Shown: one piece after another, positions 38,711 through 47,889 of the stretch
How the letters are laid out: each line of letters begins with the position of its first letter
How positions within the stretch are numbered: the first letter of the stretch is position 1
Origin: an uncultured Spirochaetota bacterium
GTDB lineage: Bacteria > Spirochaetota > Spirochaetia > SZUA-6 > Fen-1364
Direction of reading: 5' to 3'
DNA length: 64,000 nucleotides
Assembly (NCBI GenBank): GCA_963734545.1
Contig: CAVTHO010000007.1
Location: forward strand, 640,001-704,000
Position numbers and translations under genes: made by a program
Notes under the pieces: generated by a model
Database searches by the model: none
What the model was told of the DNA's origin: nothing
What the model saw: the letters and a program-made list of their open reading frames with translations, nothing else

Positions 38711-39012
38711 GCGCCGCCCTTTTCGATAAATGAAATCGCGGCGCGCGCGAATGCCTCGCGGTTCTTCGGCATACCGGCAAGCTCTTCCTTGTATGCCCGG
38801 ATCAATGCCTCCCGTTCGGCCGCAATGCGCTCCTTCTCCGCGGCGACAGCGGCATCCCCTTCAAGCGTTTTTTCCCTCAGAAGCTCCGCATGCTTCTTCT
38901 GCGCCTCCGCGCGCGCTTCAACCTTGCGCCGGTTGGCCTCGGCCTCCGCTTCCGTGAGCAGGCGCGCCGCGTTCTTTTCCACGGCGAGGAGTTTTTCCAG
39001 CATGTCGGACAT
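38707..39012 (-). CDS. V/A-type ATP synthase peripheral stalk subunit G/H
   Basis: 101-aa Glu/Ala-rich coiled coil at the head of the ATPase cluster. Confidence 0.7.
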   Translation of the reverse strand: MSDMLEKLLAVEKNAARLLTEAEAEANRRKVEARAEAQKKHAELLREKTLEGDAAVAAEKERIAAEREALIRAYKEELAGMPKNREAFARAAISFIEKGGA

Positions 39013-39024
39013 GATGATTCCTGT

Positions 39025-39507
39025 TCAGACTCCCTGCGAGTCCAGGACTTCCTCGTAGGCGCGGATGATCCTGTTCACCTTCTCAGGATCGACGGCCGCG
39101 AGGGCGTCCTTGTAGAAATCCGGATTCTCGACGAGCAGCGCGATCTTCTTCAATACGGCAAGGTGGGTTCCCGCGTCCTCCTCGGAGCTCACCAGCAGGA
39201 AAAGCATGTGCACCGGTTCGCCGTCCAGTGATTCGTAGTCTATGCCCTTGCCGGAGATTCCCAGGACGCCGATCACTCCCTTTGTGAAATCGGTCTTTGC
39301 GTGGGGGATGGCGATCCCCTTCTTGATGCCGGTCGACATCTTCTCTTCCCGCCGCAGGATCGCGGCAAGTATCTCGTCCCGGCAGTCCAGCCCGTATTGG
39401 GTGACGAGGAGATCCACCAGCTCCTCGAAAACCTCCGACTTGTCTTCCGCTTCGAGGCGGCACTTGATCCTGCCGGGCACAAAAAGCTCTTGGAGCAGGA
39501 GCGCCAC
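39025..39507 (-). CDS. PTS IIA domain protein (Ntr/fructose type)
   Basis: REEKMSTGIKKGIAIPHAK phospho-His motif; GTG 39507 after SD GGAGG. Confidence 0.92.
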   Translation of the reverse strand: MALLLQELFVPGRIKCRLEAEDKSEVFEELVDLLVTQYGLDCRDEILAAILRREEKMSTGIKKGIAIPHAKTDFTKGVIGVLGISGKGIDYESLDGEPVHMLFLLVSSEEDAGTHLAVLKKIALLVENPDFYKDALAAVDPEKVNRIIRAYEEVLDSQGV

Positions 39508-39508
39508 C

Positions 39509-39958
39509 CTATTGACCTCCCTGTCCGGACGGCGGTGCCTTTGCGCCGGCGGGCGCGGTGCCGACCGAGCCGGGCCCGAATCCCCGGCAGGGGCGGTCAC
39601 TCCGCCAGGAGCGGAAGGAGTCGTGCCGCCAGGAGCGGACCGGTGTGGTCTGCACCCACCAGCTCTGCTGCTCCGTGGTCCCGAGGGCCTGCTGCCGTGC
39701 CCTGCCGATCACGTTCCCCGGCGCGGGCGTCCTGTTTATCCAGGCAACGCCAAAGCAGCACACCAGGAAAATGGTGGCGAGCACGGCGGTAAACCGCGTC
39801 AAGACGTTGCCCGAGCGTGATCCGAACGCGGTATTGCTGCCGCCGCCGAAAATGCCGCCGATGCCTTCACCCTGATCGTCCTGTACGAGCACGACGAGCA
39901 CCAGGAGAATGGCGCTGATGACGAGGATGATGAGGAGAATTATGCTGATAAGGCCCAT
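39509..39958 (-). CDS. secG: Preprotein translocase subunit SecG with low-complexity tail
   Basis: VLVQ...GIGGIFGGG....FG...NVLTRFTAVLA; the tail probably carries compensating frameshifts. Confidence 0.93.
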   Translation of the reverse strand: MGLISIILLIILVISAILLVLVVLVQDDQGEGIGGIFGGGSNTAFGSRSGNVLTRFTAVLATIFLVCCFGVAWINRTPAPGNVIGRARQQALGTTEQQSWWVQTTPVRSWRHDSFRSWRSDRPCRGFGPGSVGTAPAGAKAPPSGQGGQ

Positions 39959-39971
39959 TCAAAAAACCCCC

Positions 39972-40727
39972 TTAACGATCGTACTGCACTATGGGCAGGA
40001 AGGTCTCGAGCTTGAGGGAGGCACCGCCGACGAGAGCGCCGTCGATATTCTCCATTTTCATGAGCTCCCTGATATTATCGGGCTTGACGGAGCCGCCGTA
40101 CTGGATCGTCATGCCCTGCGCCGCCTCGGCGTTGTAGATGCCGGCCATGACTCGGCGGATGCATCTGTGCACCGCGTCCGCGTCCTGGGGAGTGGCGTTC
40201 TGCCCCGTGCCGATTGCCCACACCGGCTCGTAGGCGATGGTCACCCGGCCGAGGTCCTGCCCGGCCACCGAAGAAAGACCCACGCGGGTCTGGGCTTCCA
40301 CCACCTTCTCCGTCACACCCTTCTGCCTCTCCTCGAGGGTCTCCCCGACGCAGAGAATGACCTCGAAGCCCTCGGAGAGCGCCCGTATGACCTTGCGGTT
40401 CACGAGCTCGTCTGTTTCCCCGTAGACATGCCGGCGTTCGGAATGTCCCAGGATGACCACGGAAACACCCGCGTCGCGGAGCATGCGGAGGGAGATTTCC
40501 CCCGTATGTGCGCCCTCCAGCTCGGCGCAGGCATTTTGCGCGCCCAGGAGTATCCGCGATCCCCTGAGGGACTCCCTGACGGCATGCAATGCGGTGAACG
40601 GCGGGGCGATCATTACTTTCTTGCCCGTTTCCCCGGCCAGTGCGGCGGAGAGGGCCCCGGCCAGCGCGGTGGCCTCGCTCACCGTCTTGTACATTTTCCA
40701 GTTTCCGGCGATGAAGGGTTGTCTCAT
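39972..40727 (-). CDS. tpiA: Triosephosphate isomerase
   Basis: AGNWKM, GHSERR, AYEPVWAIGTG, YGGSVKP. Confidence 0.97.
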   Translation of the reverse strand: MRQPFIAGNWKMYKTVSEATALAGALSAALAGETGKKVMIAPPFTALHAVRESLRGSRILLGAQNACAELEGAHTGEISLRMLRDAGVSVVILGHSERRHVYGETDELVNRKVIRALSEGFEVILCVGETLEERQKGVTEKVVEAQTRVGLSSVAGQDLGRVTIAYEPVWAIGTGQNATPQDADAVHRCIRRVMAGIYNAEAAQGMTIQYGGSVKPDNIRELMKMENIDGALVGGASLKLETFLPIVQYDR

Positions 40728-40737
40728 GGGTGTGCGC

Positions 40738-41919
40738 CTACTTGTCCTGGAGCGCGACCACGCCGGGAAGTTCTCTGCCTTCCAGAAGCTCGAGAGAAGC
40801 GCCTCCTCCCGTGGAAACATGGGTGATCCGGTCCGCAAGCCCGAACTGATTGACCGCGGCCACGGAATCGCCGCCGCCCACTACCGTGGTGCCCTTGCAG
40901 TCAGCGACAGCTTTCGCGATCTCCAGGGTCCCCTTGCTGAACTCCGGAAACTCGAACACGCCGACCGGCCCGTTCCACAGCACGGTCTTCGCCTTGAGAA
41001 TCCGCTCTCTGAAGAGCGCCGCTGATTTCGGGCCGATATCCATCGAGACCTTTCCTGCTGGAATATCCACGCCGTCCACCGGTTCCGCTTTCGCGGTTTC
41101 CGAAAACTCCGCGCCCACCCTGTGGTCAACGGGAAGAAGCACTTCGGCGCCGGAGCCCTTCGCTTTCTCGAGGAAGCTTTTTGCCGTTGCCAGCAGGTCT
41201 TCCTCGACGAGCGAATTGCCTACCGAGTGCCCCTGGACCTTGAGAAAAGTGTACGACATGCCGCCCCCGATGATCATCGTCGTGACACGGGGAAGCAGGG
41301 CCTCGAGAACGGCGATCTTCGTGGACACCTTTGCCCCGCCAATGATCGCAACGAACGGCTTGGCGGGATTTTCGAACACTCCCCCGAGGAACTTGATCTC
41401 TTTCTCCATGAGGAAGCCCGCCACGCCGGGGAGAATCTTCGCGACTCCCTCCGTGGAGGCGTGCGCACGGTGCGCCGTGCCGAAAGCGTCGTTGACGTAG
41501 ACGTCCCCCAGGCTCGCGAGCTTGCGCGCGAACTCCGGATCGTTCTTCTCTTCCTCGGGGTGGAAGCGCACGTTCTCCAGAAGAACCACGTCGCCGGGCT
41601 TCATGGCCCGCACCACCGCCTCTGTTTCCGCCCCTATGCAGTCGGGAGCGAGGGTGACTTTCTTGCCGAGCAGCTCGGAGAGTCGTTCGGCAACGGGAGC
41701 GAGGCTGTTTTCCTTGTCCGGCTTTTTCGGCCGGCCCAGGTGGCTCATGATGACGAGGGAAGCCCCCTTCTGGTCGAGGATGTAATTCAGCGTGGGAAGC
41801 GCCGCGGTGATCCGAGTGTCATCCGTGATCCTCCCTTCCTTGAGGGGGACATTGAAATCCACTCTGACAAGCACCCGTTTCTTCCTCAAGTCCACGTCGC
41901 GAACGGTCTTTTTGGCCAT
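40738..41919 (-). CDS. pgk: Phosphoglycerate kinase
   Basis: [43 protein letters not shown]. Confidence 0.98.
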   Translation of the reverse strand: MAKKTVRDVDLRKKRVLVRVDFNVPLKEGRITDDTRITAALPTLNYILDQKGASLVIMSHLGRPKKPDKENSLAPVAERLSELLGKKVTLAPDCIGAETEAVVRAMKPGDVVLLENVRFHPEEEKNDPEFARKLASLGDVYVNDAFGTAHRAHASTEGVAKILPGVAGFLMEKEIKFLGGVFENPAKPFVAIIGGAKVSTKIAVLEALLPRVTTMIIGGGMSYTFLKVQGHSVGNSLVEEDLLATAKSFLEKAKGSGAEVLLPVDHRVGAEFSETAKAEPVDGVDIPAGKVSMDIGPKSAALFRERILKAKTVLWNGPVGVFEFPEFSKGTLEIAKAVADCKGTTVVGGGDSVAAVNQFGLADRITHVSTGGGASLELLEGRELPGVVALQDK

Positions 41920-41979
41920 ACGCATGCTCCTTGCACTGTTGACTGCATTTCAGCGCGGGGATGGGTTGAGTTCCGAAAA

Positions 41980-42008
41980 AATATACGTGAAAGCCCCGGG
42001 AGTGTCAA
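41980..42008 (-). promoter_or_regulatory. Strong sigma70-like promoter upstream of pgk
   Basis: TTGACA (42008-42003), 17 nt, TATATT (41985-41980). Confidence 0.75.
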
Positions 42009-42070
42009 CGGCAACCGGGTGCGGGCACGCGGGAGGCACAACCTGACACGGCGCCCGGACAGCCGCTCCC

Positions 42071-44059
42071 CTACCCGCCGATTCTGAAAAGCCGCGTGAG
42101 GATGTTGCCCGTCCTCTGCGTCGCACCCACGTCGGGCTTCTCCGTTTTCTGCACGGGGAAGACCACCTGGTCACCGACATTCACGTAGTCGAAGTACCCT
42201 CGCCCGGTGACGGTGCCCTCCGATACGCCTTCATCGGGACCGGTCACCTCGAAATCTCCCACTATGTCCTTTTCGTTGTACGAGAGTCCGGGGGTATCCG
42301 GCTGCAGTCGTACCCCCCCCTGGCGCACGATCAACATCTTGTCGCCCTTCTTCAGGCCCTGGAAGGTCCCGAGGTCGACGAGGCCCTGCCCGAACTTCCG
42401 CACGAGAAGCGTTCCGCGGACCGGCAGGAGGCCGGCCATCTGCCCGCTCAGCCTCAAGAGCGAATCACGCACCCGGTCATTTCCCGTGCGAAACGCGGCG
42501 AAGCTTCCGATCCGGGCGCCGGTGCGCGTCAGGTAGATATCCGCCGAGGCGGAGAAGCTTCTCTCCGCCTCGTCCAACGCCAGCAGCACGAAGTAGTCCG
42601 TCTCGGCGACCCGGGCGGCGCGGAAAGCATCGTCGAATCCACCGACTCCCGGCGGCACGGCCGGCACCACGATCGCATCATCGCGGCCCAGCAGGGTGGC
42701 GAAATACCGCGCGACATCGTCGCTCGCCAGCGGATGAATCAGCCGATTTGCCGCGGTGACCGTGTACACGGGGATGCGGTAGCGGATCCGCTCCAGATTG
42801 TGCTGATCATACCCCCACACGCGCGAGATCCTGTCGGCGAGATCGCTCGTCAGCCCTTCGATCTCGTCCTGCACGAACGTGTCCTTCACGCCCAGCCGGG
42901 CAAGAACCTGGAGCTCGCTCAGGTACTTGTCCGGGAAGCCGAGGCTCCGGTAGATGCGCGCGTACGCAATCCGGCCGTCCCGCGAGGTTGCGTCAAGGAT
43001 GAGCGCCCTTCGGTATTCGGCCAGGGCCTTTTCCATGAAGCTTTTCTCCTCCAGCAATCTGCCCTGCGCAAGGTGAAAGACTGCCATCTTCTTTCGTTGC
43101 GCGTCGTCCATGGGCAGCGATTCGACGGCCGTCGATTCCTGCGCGAGCCGCGCGATCTCATCGTCCGGCCGGGCCTGCAGGGCGGCGGAAAGGCTGGAGA
43201 TTGCCATTGCCGCATCTCCCGATTTCCTGTACGCCAGGGCAAGTGAATACCAGGCGAGAGGATCCTTCCGGTCCTCCGTCACGATTTCTTTCAAAGTCGA
43301 TATCGCGTCGGGGTATCTCTGGGTCTGCAGGTAGATGCCGCCCAGCAGGATCTTTGCCGAGCTCATGTCCGGTTTCAGCGACAAGGCGATCTTTGCGCGC
43401 TTCTCCGCCGCGCTGAAATCTCCGCGTGATGCTGCCCATGACGCGGCGGCCAACTGGACGCGCGGGTCCGAGGAGTGGCTCTTGAGAGCGGCCTCGTAGT
43501 AGCGTGCCGCACCGCCCGCGTCCCCTGTCTCGTCGGAGAGCATTGCCAGGGAAAGAAGCGCTTTCGTGCTTTCCGGGGCGAGCTGCAGCGTCTGGCCGTA
43601 CAGGGCGAGAGCGTTTGTCGTCTTGCCTTCCGCAATCTCCGCTTCGGCCAGCCCCAGCCGCGCCTCTACGTTGTTGGGCTGCCGGGCGAGCACGCCGGTG
43701 AAAAGAGCCCGTGCCCGAGCAGTGTCCCCCTGACCCACTCGAATTCTTCCTTCCAGGACCGCGAGATCGGGATTGTTCCTGTCGTAGATCCGCGCGCGGG
43801 ACACGAAGCTGAATGCTTCGTCGTATTCTTCCATGAGAAGGAATGACTGCGCGAGACCGACCATCGGCTCAGGGTAAGCAGGGTTGAGCGAAAGCGCATC
43901 CTTGTAGCGCTCAATGGCGAGCTCGAAGTCCTCGCTTCCCTGCGCGGCGACGCCTGCCAGGTAGGCGGCGCGCGCGTTCGCGGCGAAAAGCCTCACGCTG
44001 CCCGCGGCAGCAAGAAGAAAGACGCACAGGAGGATTGTCTTGGCGGACGTTTTTTCCAC
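42071..44059 (-). CDS. Exported TPR protein
   Basis: Signal peptide, many TPR repeats and a beta-rich C-terminal domain. Confidence 0.82.
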   Translation of the reverse strand: MEKTSAKTILLCVFLLAAAGSVRLFAANARAAYLAGVAAQGSEDFELAIERYKDALSLNPAYPEPMVGLAQSFLLMEEYDEAFSFVSRARIYDRNNPDLAVLEGRIRVGQGDTARARALFTGVLARQPNNVEARLGLAEAEIAEGKTTNALALYGQTLQLAPESTKALLSLAMLSDETGDAGGAARYYEAALKSHSSDPRVQLAAASWAASRGDFSAAEKRAKIALSLKPDMSSAKILLGGIYLQTQRYPDAISTLKEIVTEDRKDPLAWYSLALAYRKSGDAAMAISSLSAALQARPDDEIARLAQESTAVESLPMDDAQRKKMAVFHLAQGRLLEEKSFMEKALAEYRRALILDATSRDGRIAYARIYRSLGFPDKYLSELQVLARLGVKDTFVQDEIEGLTSDLADRISRVWGYDQHNLERIRYRIPVYTVTAANRLIHPLASDDVARYFATLLGRDDAIVVPAVPPGVGGFDDAFRAARVAETDYFVLLALDEAERSFSASADIYLTRTGARIGSFAAFRTGNDRVRDSLLRLSGQMAGLLPVRGTLLVRKFGQGLVDLGTFQGLKKGDKMLIVRQGGVRLQPDTPGLSYNEKDIVGDFEVTGPDEGVSEGTVTGRGYFDYVNVGDQVVFPVQKTEKPDVGATQRTGNILTRLFRIGG

Positions 44060-44064
44060 TTTCC

Positions 44065-44520
44065 CTACTCCCCGATGATGCGCTCTGCCTTCAGGCGCTC
44101 CAGGAGATCTTCCTGGAGGGCGAGCATGGTCCTGCCCTTCCCCCGGCCATGGTCCATTCCCGCCAGATGGAGGATCCCATGGATGCTGAGCCGCTTCAAC
44201 TCCTCTTCCTCGGAGATACCGAACGCGTCGGCGTTCCTGCGCAGCGTGTCCAGTGATATGGCGATGTCCCCCGCGACGGCTCCACGCGTCCCTGCCTCAC
44301 TGCCCGGGAACGAAAGCACGTCGGTGGGACGATGCATGCCCCGATAGCGCCCGTTCAACGTCGTGATTCTGCCGTCGTCGCAGAGAAGGAGGCAAATCTC
44401 CCACTCCGCGAAGCCGGCGGCGGTGAGCGCCGCAGCGCAAAAACGCGAAAGTCTTTTCCGCCAGCGCGGGGCGGGGACACCATCGACTGCGATTTCGATC
44501 GAGCGCTTCGGCGCCTTCAC
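44065..44520 (-). CDS. ybeY: rRNA maturation endoribonuclease YbeY
   Basis: PTDVLSF, GDIAIS, IHGILHLAGMDH. Confidence 0.96.
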   Translation of the reverse strand: MKAPKRSIEIAVDGVPAPRWRKRLSRFCAAALTAAGFAEWEICLLLCDDGRITTLNGRYRGMHRPTDVLSFPGSEAGTRGAVAGDIAISLDTLRRNADAFGISEEEELKRLSIHGILHLAGMDHGRGKGRTMLALQEDLLERLKAERIIGE

Positions 44521-46796
44521 TGGCGTGCCTTGCGCGCTTTTCCCCCGGCTCCGTCCCCTGAAGCCTTGCGCGTCGACGCGGTGGCCTGCAGTCGTGCAAG
44601 CCGGGGGTACTCTATCCGGGTGTGGAAATACCCCTCCAGTATCTGGACAAAGCTCTTGCGGATAAGCTCCAGGTCGCGAAGGGTGAGAAGGGAATCCCCG
44701 AGCTCACCCGATGTGAACTTCGCCATGATCATGTCCTGTACAAAGGCCTCCAGCTTCGCCTCCGTCGGCCGTTTCAGGGTGCGTGACGCCGCCTCCACCG
44801 TGTCGGCGAGCATGAGGACGGCAGCTTCCTTTGTCTTCGGCCGTACACCCGTGTACGAGTAGTCGTCCCGCGAGACACGCGGGTTCTTCCCTTCCTTGAC
44901 GGCCCTGTCGTAGAAAAAGGTGATGAGACCGCGGCCGTGGTGCTGCGCGATGATGTCGATGATGGCCTGAGGGAGGTTCAGCTCCTGGGCCTTCTCGATG
45001 CCGATGCGGACATGGCTCTTGATGACGGCCACCGAAAGACTGGGCTTCAGCTCGTCGTGCCGGTTGAACGCTTTCTGGTTTTCCACGAAGTAGTCCGCCT
45101 GGTCCACCTTGCCGATGTCGTGATAGTACGCGCTCACACGGGCGAGGAGCGCATTCGCGCCGATGGCCTCGCACGCCGTTTCCGCCAGGTTGGCGACGCT
45201 GATGGAATGCGTGTAGGTACCGGGGGCCTGGGAGAGCATGCGCTTGAACGTGGGGGAGTTGAGGTCGGAAAGCTCCATGAGCTTGAACCGGGTGGGCGCG
45301 TTCAGGAGGAGCTCGAGGATCGGAAGGAACCCGAGAGTAAGGATTCCGCAGAGGAACCCATTCGCGACACCCCACCCGAGAAGCGACAGGAACATGCGAG
45401 ATTCGTAGTTCGCCAGGATTCCCTCGACGGACAGGATGAGAAGGTCCGCGAGTGACAGGAGGACGCCCGCCCTGACCAGGTCGATTCTTCTCTCCGCGTT
45501 CAGCACGACCGCCGTTGCCGCAATGCCGCTGAGAAAGGCGAAAAGGAATCCCTGGATGCTCATTCCGGTCAGGAGAAGGAGCGCAAGGGAGACCACCAGG
45601 GAGAAGGACACACCCACGGGCGTGGAAACGAGGATCGCGACGAGCATGGACATGGCGCTGGTGGGAATGGCGACCGACACCGGCACCCAGTCGGGCAGGG
45701 ACACGAGACGGACCACCAGCGCGCTGACGGCGAGATGACCCAGCCCCATGCCGAGAAGGAGGAGCACGTGGCTGCGCCGCAGCGGCACATTTGCGCCCTT
45801 TATGCTCAGCAGGTACAGGGCGATCACGAACGTGATGAGGAGGAAGAGAACGCTGCCGATGAGCTCATTGGTATCGACCGCACGCGTGTATTCCCCGAGC
45901 GCGCGGATCTTCTGCGCGGTGGATTCAGTGACGACATCGCCGGCGCGCACGAGCACCTCGCCCCGCGAGAGCTTTTCCGCCACCGGCTCCACTTCCGCCC
46001 GGGCCCTGCTCCTGCGAAGGACACTGCTCTCCTGGTCGTAGAATGTGTTGTTCACCGCGAATGCGCGGAGGAGCGCCAGGACCACACGCCGCTCGGCGTC
46101 ACTGTACGAACGCGGGAGCGCACGTGCCTCCGTCTGGACAGCGAGGTTTTCCAGCGTGGTCACCTGGTCCAGCGGGATTTCCTCCGATTGCACGCGTCCT
46201 TCCAGTATCCGTCTCACTTCTATCGCCCCCGCGCTGAGCGATTCGTCCCGGTGGGCAATGATGTCGACGATTCCGTGGGAGAGGGCCGCCTGCAGAAGGT
46301 CGCGCGCGTCTTCAAAGGCTTGCGCGATGTCGCTGTAGGCAAGGAGGAGTTTCATGTCGGCCCGGGACGTCTGCGCGGGGAAATCCTCGACCATGGCCAG
46401 GAGTATCTTCTCGTCGGAGCTGCCCTCCTTCACCCGCTGCAGGAAGGACTGGCTGAACCGGTCAAAATCGTCCAGGGCACCGGAGCTCACCACCGCATTG
46501 AGAGCGAAAACTGGAGGCACCCGCTTCTCCCGTGCGTCCCGCCGTGCCTGGGTTCCCTTCTCGTCCACATAGCGGAAATCTCTTTCGACGACGTAATCCT
46601 TCTGTGCGACGGCGCCCGCCTCCCACGTGGCAGTCCTGCTGCGGAGCATGATGCTGGGGAACAGCGTCGTCACGAGCACGATGCCCGTTGCCGCCAGGAA
46701 GGCAGCGGCAATTGCCAGGAGCGTCCAGCGCTCCAGGCGCGTGCGCCGCACGGACCCTGCCGCCCGCGCGAAGATCGAGAAGCGGCTATTCCTCAT
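44517..46796 (-). CDS. 7TM-HD (HDIG) phosphohydrolase, PgpH-like cyclic-di-AMP phosphodiesterase family
   Basis: Extracellular domain, 7 TM, APGTYTHS, YYHDIGK, QHHG, MLADTVEAA. Confidence 0.9.
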   Translation of the reverse strand: MRNSRFSIFARAAGSVRRTRLERWTLLAIAAAFLAATGIVLVTTLFPSIMLRSRTATWEAGAVAQKDYVVERDFRYVDEKGTQARRDAREKRVPPVFALNAVVSSGALDDFDRFSQSFLQRVKEGSSDEKILLAMVEDFPAQTSRADMKLLLAYSDIAQAFEDARDLLQAALSHGIVDIIAHRDESLSAGAIEVRRILEGRVQSEEIPLDQVTTLENLAVQTEARALPRSYSDAERRVVLALLRAFAVNNTFYDQESSVLRRSRARAEVEPVAEKLSRGEVLVRAGDVVTESTAQKIRALGEYTRAVDTNELIGSVLFLLITFVIALYLLSIKGANVPLRRSHVLLLLGMGLGHLAVSALVVRLVSLPDWVPVSVAIPTSAMSMLVAILVSTPVGVSFSLVVSLALLLLTGMSIQGFLFAFLSGIAATAVVLNAERRIDLVRAGVLLSLADLLILSVEGILANYESRMFLSLLGWGVANGFLCGILTLGFLPILELLLNAPTRFKLMELSDLNSPTFKRMLSQAPGTYTHSISVANLAETACEAIGANALLARVSAYYHDIGKVDQADYFVENQKAFNRHDELKPSLSVAVIKSHVRIGIEKAQELNLPQAIIDIIAQHHGRGLITFFYDRAVKEGKNPRVSRDDYSYTGVRPKTKEAAVLMLADTVEAASRTLKRPTEAKLEAFVQDMIMAKFTSGELGDSLLTLRDLELIRKSFVQILEGYFHTRIEYPRLARLQATASTRKASGDGAGGKARKARQ

Positions 46797-47746
46797 GGGC
46801 AGTTTCGTAGGCGTGCACGATCTTCCGCACCAGCGCGTTCCGCACCACGTCCCGTTCCTCGAAGAAGGTGAATCGGATTTCCCGGATCGGCGTGAGGATC
46901 GGGATCACCGTGAGGAGCCCGGAATCGGACTTGCGCGGAAGATCGATCTGCGTGATGTCTCCGGTGATGACCGTGCGCGCATTCTCCCCGATGCGGGTAA
47001 GGAACATTTTCATCTGCTCCCGCGTGGTGTTCTGCGCCTCGTCCAGGATGATGAACGCGTTGGAAAGGGTGCGTCCCCGCATGTACGCGAGGGGCGCGAT
47101 CTCGATCACCCCGTTCTCCTCCAGCCGGCGGAATACCTCCATGGGAATGAGGGATTCGATTGCGTCGTACAGCGGCCGCAGATAGGGGTGAATCTTCTGC
47201 GTCAGGTCCCCCGGCAGATAGCCCAGACTCTCTCCCGCCTCCACCACGGGCCGCGTGATGATGAGCTTGCGGCGCGTCTGGCTGAGGACCTGCTTCAGCG
47301 CCTGGGCAACGGCGAGGTAGGTCTTGCCCGGTGCCCGCGGGACCGACGCCGAAAACGATCTCGTGACGATTGATCGACTCGACATAGAGCGCCTGGTTGT
47401 ATGTGCGGGGATACACCTTGCGCAGCCCATTGGGAATGACGACGAGATTTCTCTTGAGGACCTCCACCTTTTCGTCCTCGCCGCTGGCAAGGGAACTGTG
47501 AATTGATCGAATGAGGTCCGGCCCCGGAAGCTGGCCGAGCCGAATGTGGTCCTGAAGCTGCTGCAGGAGCAGGGTAAAGGTCCGCTGCAGGGAATCGTCC
47601 AATGTGTCCAGCAGGATTTCGTTCCCGCGGGAGAAAACTGGCACACCGAGTAGTTCTTCGATCACCTTGAGGTTGCTGTCGTTCGCCCCGCAGATCTCGG
47701 GCAGGATGGTTTCGTCGCTTACGACGACTGTCAGTGGATTCTCCAT
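46786..47746 (-). CDS. phoH: PhoH family ATPase (frameshift near 47330)
   Basis: GPAGTG/KTYLA split between ORFs 46793-47746 and 46786-47646; RPVVEAGE, MRGRTL, DEAQN. Confidence 0.93.
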
Positions 47747-47889
47747 TCAGCTCCTTCATCTCAATCGTAGTCGAAAAATCGGAAGAGCGTCAATGCGGTC
47801 ACAAATGTCGCCTAACTGCACGGAGTACCGTGCAAGGTACGGTGACCGCGGTACTCGGTGACATTCGCGGCCGGCGGCATTCACGCCGG

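Noticed and set aside
40727-40838. Thermotoga-like PGK-TIM frameshift fusion (tpiA frame is open into pgk)
   Set aside because: pgk has a clean stop, no slippery run is visible, and short open overlaps are common at this GC content.
47750-47889. Hairpin TGCACGG-AGTA-CCGTGCA upstream of phoH as a riboswitch
   Set aside because: No recognisable aptamer consensus; it may simply be a terminator or stabiliser for the lptD transcript.
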